A DNA stretch of 64,000 bases from Clostridiales bacterium (lineage in GTDB: Bacteria > Bacillota > Clostridia > Christensenellales > JAISNN01): NCBI GenBank assembly GCA_031275485.1, contig JAISOS010000004.1, forward strand, positions 2,163 through 66,162, read 5' to 3'. This document shows, in pieces, positions 47,248-56,068 of this stretch (positions are counted from its first letter, which is position 1; every line of letters begins with the position of its first letter). Both the position numbers and the translations under genes were made by a program. The notes beneath the pieces are model-generated. The model did no database searches, was not told where the DNA came from, and saw only the letters and a list, made by a program, of their open reading frames with translations.

Positions 47248-48939
47248 TTACGACTTAGACATATCCTTCGCAAACAACCCGTCTATCAACTTCAAAAATT
47301 TTCTGACGGACGATGACGAGATGCCGAACAGTCTCGCAATCTTTTCCCCGTCGCCCTTTTTGAACGAATTAACCTTGAAAAACACGGCGGCAGCAATGCC
47401 GTTCGGAAAACCGAATTTTTCGCGCTCGGCGGCGTCCGTTTTTTCCAGACGATCCGCGATCGCTATGAAATATTTTCCGTATTCCTCAGCGTTTTTCACG
47501 GCGCCGTCGCAACTGAACAACAGGCGCGTCAGCAACAAAATATACGCGGCGTTTAATACCGGACTTTTCGTGGGCGACGACCGCCCGTCAAAGCTGAACG
47601 AGCCGCAGGCTTCCCGCGACACGACGGCGAATTCAAATGGAGTTTCGGAAGCCATTATGCCCAGCGCCGCGATCTCTTTAACTCTCTCGTCGCCGTTTAT
47701 ATCGAGAAAAAATCTCTTCAAAATTTCATGCGCCGCCGCGTCGTCCTTAAAGTTCAAAAGATAGCTCAGCACTTTTTTTTTCAATTCGTCCACGGTAAGC
47801 GCGAGATACAAAAGTTCCCGGCTTTCCGGTAGCTCAAGCAACGTTTTCGCATCCGAAGCGTCCGACGCTTTCTCGAACTCGGACGACAAAAGCCCGAAAT
47901 ACTCGAATGGCATCGGCGCGTTATAATAGACGTTCATATCGTCGCCGCGCCGTAAAAAAAATTGAGCGCGGCCCGTATCGCCGTAGATATTGTGAATTTT
48001 TTTATATACTCTGCGCGCCTCGATTTTTTTACCTCCGTTAAAGAGCGCGCAGGCGTAATGATAGAGCTGCTCCATATCGTACGGGCGGTATTCCAGAAGC
48101 TTTAGAACGTACTCCTCCACCGCCTCGTGTCTGTTCGTTAGCACGAGCGTCTCGATTACCTTCTCGAGGTCGTCCTCGCCTGTGATTTTCAGCTTTTTCA
48201 ATTCCTCGGTATAGCGGTCGGCGAGCGCGTTGTCTTTTTTGAATATTCCGATATTTATCATATTCAGAACGCCAGGAAGCCTTGTCTTTTCCTTTTTCAG
48301 CATTTGTTCGGCGAGGATCTCGGCGCTTTTATAGCGGTGTTGATTTATGTAGCACATCATCAGCAGATTATACTGCCTGACGGACCCGTTCGCCTCCAAA
48401 TCCTTTTTCAAAATCCTGACTGCGGCGGCGGTGTCGTCCGCCGCAATGCGCGAAAACGCGTCGCGGATTATACGCTCCGCATTCTCCTCCGCCCTATCGT
48501 ACACGCTGAATCCGCCGTTATCGTCGCCGTAATATTGCAAAAACGCGTCTATACTTTCGATTTCATCATCGTCATACCCGAAATCCGAATCGACGTCCTC
48601 AAGGCTTTTTACGTTCTGAAAGCACCTGTCCGCAAGGTCGTACCGTCCCTCGAAAAAGTAGATTTTGAACATAATCGTATAAACCCGCCCGGCAATGTCC
48701 GGCGGCATATCGCCGCCGCTTATCAATTTTACCTCGAAGCATTTCTGCAACGCGTAATCGAGCGCGTCTATCTCGTAATAAAGCTCCGCGTACAAAAGCA
48801 GAGTGTCCGCGCACGGTTTCAAAGTATGAGCGCGATTCAAAAGAACGAAAGCGTCCTCATAGGTTCCCTTATCGAAAAGCTCCTCGGCTTTGTCCATCAA
48901 AGCCCCGTAATCGTTTAAATCAAAAATCTTCGTACTCAT
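47248..48939 (-). CDS. hypothetical TPR-like repeat protein (563 aa)
   Basis: Repeated helical Y/A/L-rich ~34-aa segments (for example GTYEDAFVLLNRAHTLKP and YNLLMMCYINQHRYKSAEILAEQML). No catalytic motif was recognised. Confidence 0.55.
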   Translation of the reverse strand: MSTKIFDLNDYGALMDKAEELFDKGTYEDAFVLLNRAHTLKPCADTLLLYAELYYEIDALDYALQKCFEVKLISGGDMPPDIAGRVYTIMFKIYFFEGRYDLADRCFQNVKSLEDVDSDFGYDDDEIESIDAFLQYYGDDNGGFSVYDRAEENAERIIRDAFSRIAADDTAAAVRILKKDLEANGSVRQYNLLMMCYINQHRYKSAEILAEQMLKKEKTRLPGVLNMINIGIFKKDNALADRYTEELKKLKITGEDDLEKVIETLVLTNRHEAVEEYVLKLLEYRPYDMEQLYHYACALFNGGKKIEARRVYKKIHNIYGDTGRAQFFLRRGDDMNVYYNAPMPFEYFGLLSSEFEKASDASDAKTLLELPESRELLYLALTVDELKKKVLSYLLNFKDDAAAHEILKRFFLDINGDERVKEIAALGIMASETPFEFAVVSREACGSFSFDGRSSPTKSPVLNAAYILLLTRLLFSCDGAVKNAEEYGKYFIAIADRLEKTDAAEREKFGFPNGIAAAVFFKVNSFKKGDGEKIARLFGISSSSVRKFLKLIDGLFAKDMSKS

Positions 48940-49207
48940 AAAATCCCTGTTTTTTTAAATTGGGGGAGCGTTTTTTTCTTTATACGGCGGAACGAACATT
49001 TACGAATCTATCGAACGCGGCGGTAAACTATCCGCGACGGCGCGTATGCCCTTATTCACGGATATTTCGGCAAAAAGTCCCGCCGTAGCCTAGCCCCCCG
49101 CGCCAACGTTTTTACCCTTATCCCCGCGAAAAATCCGCCGTTTCTTCATAAAACGCCCATTTGCCGCCGCATCCATAGGCTTCCCTCGCATAATTTTAAA
49201 AAAATTC

Positions 49208-50188
49208 TCACTTCCCAAAAATCTTTTCTATTTCTTTTTTACCGTAGACATAGGTTTTACCGCAAAAGTCGCAACGCGCCTCCACGGCGCCGCGTTCTTT
49301 CAGCGTATCGAAAGCTTCCTTCCTTCCCATAAGCGCGACAATTTTCCGCGTCCGTTCCTCGCTACAGCCGCAATAAAAACGCGGCTCGTATTCGTCGAGC
49401 GGTTCGACGGTAAAATTATTAAAATATGTCCGCATAACGGCGTCAGGCGTTTTCAATTCATACAGTATCCGTCCGAAATCCGAAAGTCTAGAAAAAACGC
49501 CGCGAACGTCTCGAACGAACTCGCCTTCCGCATCGGGCAGAAACTGCAAAAAACAGCCGCCCGCCGCAAGGACTTCCCCGCCGTCCGCAAACCCGTCGCG
49601 TACCGTAGGAGATTTTTTTTGTCCGCTCACAAATTCGCCGAGTGCTATATACGAATTTTTTTGCTCGCTTACCGCAAGATAGAGCGCAAAATCCGAGGTT
49701 ATGTCGCCTTCCGCCAATTCCGATCGTCCCGAATACAACCGTCCGCCGATACTCTTCGTCGTTTCGACAAAACCGTTCCGCCCGACGGTAGCCTTCACGT
49801 CAGATTCGACTTCGATGCGGTATCCGCCGCCCCCGCCCTCTTTTCCCGAAAAATCGAGGGTTGCATCTTGACCGCCGTCTTTAACGTCGCCGTCTTTTTT
49901 CGAAAAGCCGAGAACGGTATTTTCGATATAGCCTTTTACCGCGCCGCGCCGCGTAACGGAAACCACGGCGCGCGCGAATTTTTCACCGCTCACCGTGATC
50001 AGCAATCCGTCGTCTCCGTTCTTTAAATCCTGTCCAAAAAAAACGCCGACTGTCAGAATCCTGTTCAAAACGACGGACGACAAGAGCGACAGCGAATGAA
50101 GCTCCGCTGCCTTATCCAAGATCCCTTTTGAATCCGCGACGGCAACGACTGCGGAATTACTCAAAATATATTTTTTTACAACGCTCAT
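49208..50188 (-). CDS. hslO: Hsp33-family redox-regulated chaperone
   Basis: C-terminal zinc-centre motifs CGCS ... CDFCG. The Hsp33 core carries a G/D/K-rich insertion (~49784-49903). Confidence 0.85.
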   Translation of the reverse strand: MSVVKKYILSNSAVVAVADSKGILDKAAELHSLSLLSSVVLNRILTVGVFFGQDLKNGDDGLLITVSGEKFARAVVSVTRRGAVKGYIENTVLGFSKKDGDVKDGGQDATLDFSGKEGGGGGYRIEVESDVKATVGRNGFVETTKSIGGRLYSGRSELAEGDITSDFALYLAVSEQKNSYIALGEFVSGQKKSPTVRDGFADGGEVLAAGGCFLQFLPDAEGEFVRDVRGVFSRLSDFGRILYELKTPDAVMRTYFNNFTVEPLDEYEPRFYCGCSEERTRKIVALMGRKEAFDTLKERGAVEARCDFCGKTYVYGKKEIEKIFGK

Positions 50189-50354
50189 TTATTATACGTC
50201 TCCGCGCGCGGTACGCTTTCATGACGCCCGTTTACTACGCATTTTACGCGCGTAATATACTTTTATGCGGCGCGCCGCTCAATTCCGTAAAAATTATCCG
50301 CCGCACCCGGTTCACGCGGAATTATTAAAATGCGAAGGTCTTTAAGGATAAGGG

Positions 50355-50396
50355 GCGAGGGGGAAACCTTTTCTTCCGAGAAAAGGTTTCCCACGC
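50355..50396 (-). terminator. palindromic element copy after the methyltransferase gene
   Basis: GCGAGGGGGAAACCTTTTCTTCCGAGAAAAGGTTTCCCACGC, 23 bp after the stop. Confidence 0.6.
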
Positions 50397-50418
50397 GAAA
50401 GTCCCGCCCCGTTTTTCA

Positions 50419-51219
50419 TTAAGTTTTCTTCGCGCACACGACGAGTCTTTTCGCTTTGCTTGTGTATTTTTTTAGGTTTTCGTTAAAAATTTCGACCTTA
50501 AAGCCGTGTTTTTTCAAAAGCAGTCCGACGTCGCGGGTTTCATAAAAATACTGCGCGTTACGCTCGTCGCAACGTTCGTAAATCTCTCCCTTCCCGCTCG
50601 CCGCACCGTTTACTTTTTTCTCAAAAAAAGTCAATCGCATATCGATTTTCCGGCTTTTCTCGCCGAACTTAGAATTTTCCCAAAACACGGTCAGCTCCCC
50701 GCCGTCCTCGAAGCGCAGCCTGCCTGACAAGAGCGTCCGCGCCTTATGCGGCGTACTCATATCGAACAGCAAAATCCCGCCCGCGCTCAGCGCGTCCGCG
50801 CACATCTTAAAGAGCTTATCGAGACGGGTTAAAGAGCTGACGTAATTAAATCCGTCCGTAAAGCTCACTATAAAATCGTACTTGCCGTTCAATACGGGTT
50901 TATTTACGTCCATGCGCAAAAAAACCGCGTTCTCCCGAAAGATCAATGTCTTTCCCGTAGCCGTATCCGGCGAATCCGCACCGAATTTCAAGACTTTTTC
51001 GGATGCTATATTCAGCATATCCGTCGATATATCCGACGCGGCAAGCCGAAAGCCTTCCGCGGCGAGCATAGCCGTCATCACTCCCGTGCCGCAAGCGAAC
51101 TCGAAACCTTTCTCGGCATTCGCGGCGCGCAATTTTGCGACGGCGAATCCGAACATTTTCCGGTACGGGTAATCGGACATAAGACCGTCGTAATATTTAT
51201 ATAAAGCGGAATATTCCAT
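50419..51219 (-). CDS. class I SAM-dependent methyltransferase
   Basis: Motif I EFACGTGVMTAMLAAEG. The start is set at the ATG at 51219 (MEYSALYKYY), with a GGAGGA SD upstream, rather than the ORF-track start at 51396. Confidence 0.75.
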   Translation of the reverse strand: MEYSALYKYYDGLMSDYPYRKMFGFAVAKLRAANAEKGFEFACGTGVMTAMLAAEGFRLAASDISTDMLNIASEKVLKFGADSPDTATGKTLIFRENAVFLRMDVNKPVLNGKYDFIVSFTDGFNYVSSLTRLDKLFKMCADALSAGGILLFDMSTPHKARTLLSGRLRFEDGGELTVFWENSKFGEKSRKIDMRLTFFEKKVNGAASGKGEIYERCDERNAQYFYETRDVGLLLKKHGFKVEIFNENLKKYTSKAKRLVVCAKKT

Positions 51220-51710
51220 CTTATATCCTCCGCGCGTTTGCAATGAAAATTTTTTTAATTCTTGAATAAACGGTCTCCCCGCGCTCCTTTCCAAAAACTT
51301 TACCGTATTTCCGCGATTCCGTTCTAACCAAGCGCCGCCGTTAAGTTTTTTATGATAACAAAAAGAACGCCGTAGCGAAAGTCCGCAACAAAACAAACGC
51401 CGTAAGCCTCCCTTTTAAAGAAAACGGGCGTTATTATCCCCCGCAAAAAAGAGGTTTCGGTCACCCGCGCCGTCCGAGGACGCTTTACGGTCGCGTTCGT
51501 CGCAATCGCGATTCATAACGACCCTATCGCTAAAGTTTATCGGAAATGATGAGCGCGGCGGCAAACGGGCGATAGACGAGGGACGGATTTTTCAAAGGAA
51601 AAGAGAAAAAGACAAAAAAACGCGGGCAAGGCTTTTTATCGAAATATGCGCGGAAAAGACGCGCCGTCTCGCCGCGAATAGTTTTGCCGCCGCGTCCGTT
51701 ATAGGTTAGG

Positions 51711-51732
51711 TTCACAAAGGGTTTTCCCCCGC
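51711..51732 (-). terminator. half-copy of the palindromic element
   Basis: TTCACAAAGGGTTTTCCCCCGC, 21 bp after the stop of the membrane-protein gene. Confidence 0.3.
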
Positions 51733-51752
51733 ATAATAAAAAACTCGGGTTC

Positions 51753-52895
51753 TCAAGTTTTTTTCACGCTCTTTTTCTTTTTCGGATTTTTATAGACGTT
51801 GACTTTCACGGGCTTTTTCGGTTTTTTCTCCGCGTCCTCGCTAACGCCGCCCCCGGCGTTCGGCGAGTTTCTCCCGCTTTTCCCGTTTCCCCCGTTCTTA
51901 CCGCCGCCGCTCCTTGCACTTTTTCCGTCCTTTCCGCTCCCGCCCGAGCCGGCGTTCTTTCCTAATTTCGCGGTTTCGGCGAGATATACGGCGTATATCT
52001 TGTTCAAAAAGCTTTCAAAGCCGTACTGCGCGAAGCTTGTCCAAATAAGCGTATAAACCGAGAGCAACAAAAGCACGAACGCGGCGGCGGCTATAAAGAT
52101 CACAAGCGCGTTGCCCGTCAGCACAAGCATTATCGGTGCGAGGGAGACGGCGGCGAAAAGGAAATTCAAAGGATATATTCCCGCAGTATAGAGGGCGCCG
52201 TTTTTCAAAACGTCCGTAAACTTCAACTCGTAAGCGGTCATCATCGAAAAGGCGTACTGCATAAATATGAAATACGTTAAAATCACAAGCGTCAGCGCGC
52301 CGAACCCTATCCAGCCGTAAACGTCGACCGCGCCGCCGTCCGCCACTGCGTTTCCGTAAAGCGTCAGCCCCAAAACCGCCGCGCCGTACAGCAACGCGCA
52401 AAACACGGCGTATATAACCGCATATTTCCACCAATGCTTTTTCACGCCCTTAAAGAATACGGGCATAACTTTGAAGTCGGTATTTTCCCACATTAAAAGC
52501 TTAGCGACGTCGAACGAGCCGGCGAACAGCGGACCGGGTATCAGCGAAAGCAAAAAGGCGAATACGGACTGCGCCCTGATTTCGGCTATCAGCTCGGCGA
52601 GCTTGCCGGCGTTATCGACGGACGCATACGGATAGCCGATACCCGTATTGAGCGCGTAGTCGAACGTCGCTTCCGCTGCGGTAACCTTTAAAAATACCGT
52701 AAAAATATACGCGATAAAGGGGATAAACGCCGCGATTATGATAAGATTGCTTCTAAACAGCCTTGAATATTCTATAAATAAAATATCCCACGTCTTTTTT
52801 ACGCGACCTCTTTTACTAAACGACGGCGTCGATATTGCGGGCGAAACGCGCTTTTCCTCTGCGGGAACTAAAAGCGCGGACCAATGCTTTGCCAT
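51753..52895 (-). CDS. polytopic membrane protein with a G/K/S-rich C-terminal tail
   Basis: About 6 hydrophobic segments, followed by GKNAGSGGSGKDGKSARSGGGKNGGNGKSGRN...KKKKSVKKT. No family was assigned with confidence. Confidence 0.55.
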   Translation of the reverse strand: MAKHWSALLVPAEEKRVSPAISTPSFSKRGRVKKTWDILFIEYSRLFRSNLIIIAAFIPFIAYIFTVFLKVTAAEATFDYALNTGIGYPYASVDNAGKLAELIAEIRAQSVFAFLLSLIPGPLFAGSFDVAKLLMWENTDFKVMPVFFKGVKKHWWKYAVIYAVFCALLYGAAVLGLTLYGNAVADGGAVDVYGWIGFGALTLVILTYFIFMQYAFSMMTAYELKFTDVLKNGALYTAGIYPLNFLFAAVSLAPIMLVLTGNALVIFIAAAAFVLLLLSVYTLIWTSFAQYGFESFLNKIYAVYLAETAKLGKNAGSGGSGKDGKSARSGGGKNGGNGKSGRNSPNAGGGVSEDAEKKPKKPVKVNVYKNPKKKKSVKKT

Positions 52896-52947
52896 ACGAA
52901 AACCTCTTTTTTAGGCTGACTTTTTTATTTTTTGGAATTTACGCCAT

Positions 52948-52980
52948 GGAAACCTTTTGTAACAAAATGCTCCCCAGCGC
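52948..52980 (+). repeat. degenerate palindromic element copy (plus orientation)
   Basis: GGAAACCTTTTGTAACAAAATGCTCCCCAGCGC followed by CCCTTTCTAAAAAAT. Confidence 0.4.
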
Positions 52981-53323
52981 CCCTTTCTAAAAAATTTCAA
53001 TTTTTTGAAACCGTACAAATTCACGGCGAAAAACCTATCGGATATTCGCTTAAATATTTTATAATAAAATCAAATAATATGCAAACAAAAACGGCATTTA
53101 AATTTTAAAAATCGCGCGTATAATTATAATATCGGCTAAGGACCCGTATTCATAGTTATAAACGACGGTTTTTGCGCGTCTTTTTTTACTTGTTTCGTCG
53201 GTTTTTTCAAAAAACGCGGCATTGTCCCGTTGCGGATTTAAACAAAACGTCCCAACGACCGCGAAAATCTTCCCGTGAATCTTTTCAAATTTAGGATACG
53301 ATTTCCGATACCGGCTAAATACT

Positions 53324-53803
53324 ATGAAAATTATAGAAAAAATACGCGACATATTCCGCGCCATACTGTACGCCGTCACTTTCAAGCTGCTTTTCACGCT
53401 TTTAAAGGCGGTCTTTAACGCGTTTGTAAATATTCTTTACGCGGGCTTTTTCTATTTGTTTTTTTACGCACTTTTCGGAGCCGCGCTCGTTATCTTTTTC
53501 AAATTCGAGCCGGTGTTCTGGGACATAAAAACGCGGCTTTTCGCGGCGGGCTTCGTATTTTGGACGGTTGTCAGCATCGTTGCGGTAATAAGGAAAATAA
53601 ACCTGAAAATTTACGAGTTGAATAAAAAACGCGCCGACGAAAAAGCCGGGCGCATAAATAAGCGGCGCGAAAGGAGTCTCTATTATTTTCAAAGGCGTTA
53701 TGAGCAAGCCGAACGGCGCGAATTAAGACGCCGCCTGAAAGCCGAACGTAGGCTTGAAAGGGAGAGCTTATTCCGTAACGACGGAATAAACCCGTGGCTG
53801 TAA
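53324..53803 (+). CDS. small membrane protein with an R/E-rich tail (hypothetical)
   Basis: Three hydrophobic segments, then KRRERSLYYFQRRYEQAERRELRRRLKAERRLERE. No clear SD. Confidence 0.35.
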   Translation: MKIIEKIRDIFRAILYAVTFKLLFTLLKAVFNAFVNILYAGFFYLFFYALFGAALVIFFKFEPVFWDIKTRLFAAGFVFWTVVSIVAVIRKINLKIYELNKKRADEKAGRINKRRERSLYYFQRRYEQAERRELRRRLKAERRLERESLFRNDGINPWL

Positions 53804-53820
53804 AGCCGAAAACTCAGCCC

Positions 53821-54128
53821 CCGTTTTCAACGCGTTTTTCACACATTTTGAATGCGTTTTTCGTATACTCTTTCATGCGTTTTTTCTACGTTTTTTGCGC
53901 GTCTTTTGTACGCTTTTTAATACGTTTCTAAACGATTCTCATGCGTTTCCTAAAATATTTTTCATGCGTTTTTCGTATGCTTTTAATACATTTCCTCATA
54001 TTTTTATATATATTTTTTAGCGTTTTCAACGTGTTTTTAATGTATTTTTTCATACGCTCTCACACGTTTTTTGCATATTTTTTAAACGTTTTTTATATAT
54101 ATTTTTCGCATTTTCAACGCGTTTATTT
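53821..54128. repeat. array of ~28 T-tracts phased at ~11 bp (degenerate AYRCGTTTTTY units); predicted intrinsically curved DNA
   Basis: T(3-7) runs are centred at 53825, 53837, 53847, 53859, 53872, 53882, 53893, 53905, 53916, 53926, 53936, 53947, 53960, 53971, 53982, 53992, 54003, 54015, 54024, 54036, 54047, 54069, 54080, 54091, 54104, 54112 and 54123. Mean spacing is 11.0 bp. Confidence 0.8.
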
Positions 54129-54602
54129 CGCGTATTCCGCGACGATATTTCCGAAATAAATCGTATGTAAATCTCCCGTCGGATACAACTGCGGAAATTC
54201 GTCGGCGATTTCCGCGCCCATCGCCATTTTCGCTATCACCTTGCACTCAAAATAATAGTCGCAACCGCCGATTACGTAAGTATCGACCTCGCGCGCCTTG
54301 ACGGGCATAAGATTGGTTTCGTGAAACTTATCGCAATCCCTGCCGCTGTGAGAGCCGCAAAACGCCAATTCCCTGCCCAATTTGTCGAAAGGCACGCTGA
54401 CCGTAAATTCGTTCGCCGCGCCGAGCTTAACGTCCGTATAGCGCGACGCGCGCACGGGAACCGCGAAAACCTTCCGCCCCCAAAGCACGCCCGTCATGCC
54501 CCAGCTGATCGTCATAACGTTGGGAATCCTACCGGCGGTCAAAAACGCGCCGCCGTTCGTAAGATACTTGAAAACTCTGTCGCCGTTATTAAATTCAAAC
54601 AT
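54123..54602 (-). CDS. flavin reductase-like (FMN-binding split-barrel) protein
   Basis: NVMTISWGMTGVLWGRKVFAVPVRASRYT and the overall ~160-aa size fit the flavin reductase-like domain. Confidence 0.6.
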   Translation of the reverse strand: MFEFNNGDRVFKYLTNGGAFLTAGRIPNVMTISWGMTGVLWGRKVFAVPVRASRYTDVKLGAANEFTVSVPFDKLGRELAFCGSHSGRDCDKFHETNLMPVKAREVDTYVIGGCDYYFECKVIAKMAMGAEIADEFPQLYPTGDLHTIYFGNIVAEYAK

Positions 54603-54646
54603 CTGCGCCTCCGTTTTTTTAGTTCTTGCTTTTCTTTAAAAATTAT

Positions 54647-54684
54647 GCGAGGGGAACCTTTTGTTCGCGAAAGATCCACCGCGC
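54647..54684 (+). repeat. palindromic element copy (plus orientation)
   Basis: GCGAGGGGAACCTTTTGTTCGCGAAAGATCCACCGCGC followed by CTCTTTCCAAAAGAC. Confidence 0.5.
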
Positions 54685-54857
54685 CTCTTTCCAAAAGACT
54701 TCGACATTTTTATATATTATTAAACAAGCAACGCTATATCCGCTTTTTCGTCTTAGACTCGCCGGTATGCGCAATTTCTTATCGCGCAACGTTACGGGCA
54801 TACCGATTTCAAACCGTTTTTTTTCCTAAACGCATACTGAATAAGCAACGCGCAAAA

Positions 54858-55556
54858 TTATATAAATAAAACCGCGAGCGCGATAAGAAATTGCGCCGCG
54901 TAATACGCCGTATGATTTGCGACGAGGTACGCCCGTCCTTTTTTGCCGCCGAAATATGTCATTGAAAGTATGACGTCGGAGATAAGGAATACAACCGAAC
55001 CCGTAGCAAGAAGCCGCGCCGCCGGAGACGGGGCGTTCGAAATCAGGGCATAAGCGGACAGTACGACGAAGTATATCAAAAGCGCCGAATAACCCGCCGA
55101 AGGTATCAAAAATTTGCCGTAATCGTACTTCATTATTTTGAGCGTCGAAACAACGACCGCCGCCGTCAAAACCACGGTTATCGCCGCCGCAATCAGCGCG
55201 CCGCCCGCATCCAATTCAAACACCGTAAACAGCGCGGCGATATAAAAAATATGTCCTATAAAAAAGGCGCCCATTCCGCCGAAAGTATACGCGTCGGAAT
55301 TAGGCTTGTCGATAAATTTCAGGTCGAGCAGAATGTCGCCGAGCAATCCGAACAAAAGTCCGGGTATTATCAGTACGGCGGCGCCGATCGAATCGGCGCT
55401 TACCGCGAATACCGCCGTCAGAACAAAAAAAACGCTCGCCGCCGTTTTTAAAAACAGCGCCTTCATACCACTGTTTTCGTCTCTGAAAATGCAAAACAAC
55501 GCCAAACTCACAGCGCCAAGCGCGGTCATAACGTAACTTACCATAGCTTTCCTCAT
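54858..55556 (-). CDS. YhhN-family (lysoplasmalogenase-like) membrane protein
   Basis: Polytopic, with LLGDILLDL, FFIGHIFYI and FLISDVILS motifs typical of YhhN/TMEM86. Confidence 0.65.
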   Translation of the reverse strand: MRKAMVSYVMTALGAVSLALFCIFRDENSGMKALFLKTAASVFFVLTAVFAVSADSIGAAVLIIPGLLFGLLGDILLDLKFIDKPNSDAYTFGGMGAFFIGHIFYIAALFTVFELDAGGALIAAAITVVLTAAVVVSTLKIMKYDYGKFLIPSAGYSALLIYFVVLSAYALISNAPSPAARLLATGSVVFLISDVILSMTYFGGKKGRAYLVANHTAYYAAQFLIALAVLFI

Positions 55557-55750
55557 TTTTTATCGACGCCAAACGCCGTTCTTTTTACGAAGCTTCTAAA
55601 TTTTTGCGGCAAATAAACTTGCAGGACATCATTTTTACCGCGAAAATTCATAATCTCAAAAATTATATCTCATTACGCATTATTATAGCATAAAATCCTG
55701 CGGTTTTCAATACGTTTAACGAAAATTTCTCTATTTATTTTGTTGTGATA

Positions 55751-55789
55751 ATAGATATGTCGGTAACTGTGCCGACACATCTATTTTTT
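55751..55789 (+). terminator. orphan rho-independent terminator on the plus strand
   Basis: ATAGATATGTCGG-n8-CCGACACATCTAT (one mismatch) followed by TTTTT. No plus-strand gene lies upstream. Confidence 0.5.
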
Positions 55790-56068
55790 ACAGTTTTGCT
55801 CTCCGCCGATAAAACCTTCCTTTATCTTTATACGAACACGCCATAGCAAACTCTCTTCGGAAAGATAAACGGCGCCGTTATTTATTTAACGCTTTGCAAA
55901 AAACGGAAAAAGCCTTCGATTCGGGCGCGGTAAAAAATTAGGCACCCCGCGCAAGTTTCAATTGAGTCTTTCGCGTTTTTAGCCCTATTATCCCGAAAAT
56001 CTATTTCAATTTTTCGTCATAATTGTCTGCGGTTTTGCCGCGCGCTAAACGCAAAATAAGAAGCGAAA

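Noticed and set aside
53098-53397. 99-aa minus-strand ORF in the divergent region upstream of the 53324-53803 gene.
   Set aside because: It overlaps the start of the plus-strand ORF, and I saw no SD and no recognisable motif. I cannot support either reading strongly, so only the longer plus-strand ORF is listed, at low confidence.
53941-54159. 72-aa phenylalanine-rich ORF inside the T-tract array.
   Set aside because: It is produced by TTT codons of an 11-bp periodic repeat. That period is not a multiple of 3, there is no SD, and the ORF overlaps the 3' end of the flavin reductase-like gene.
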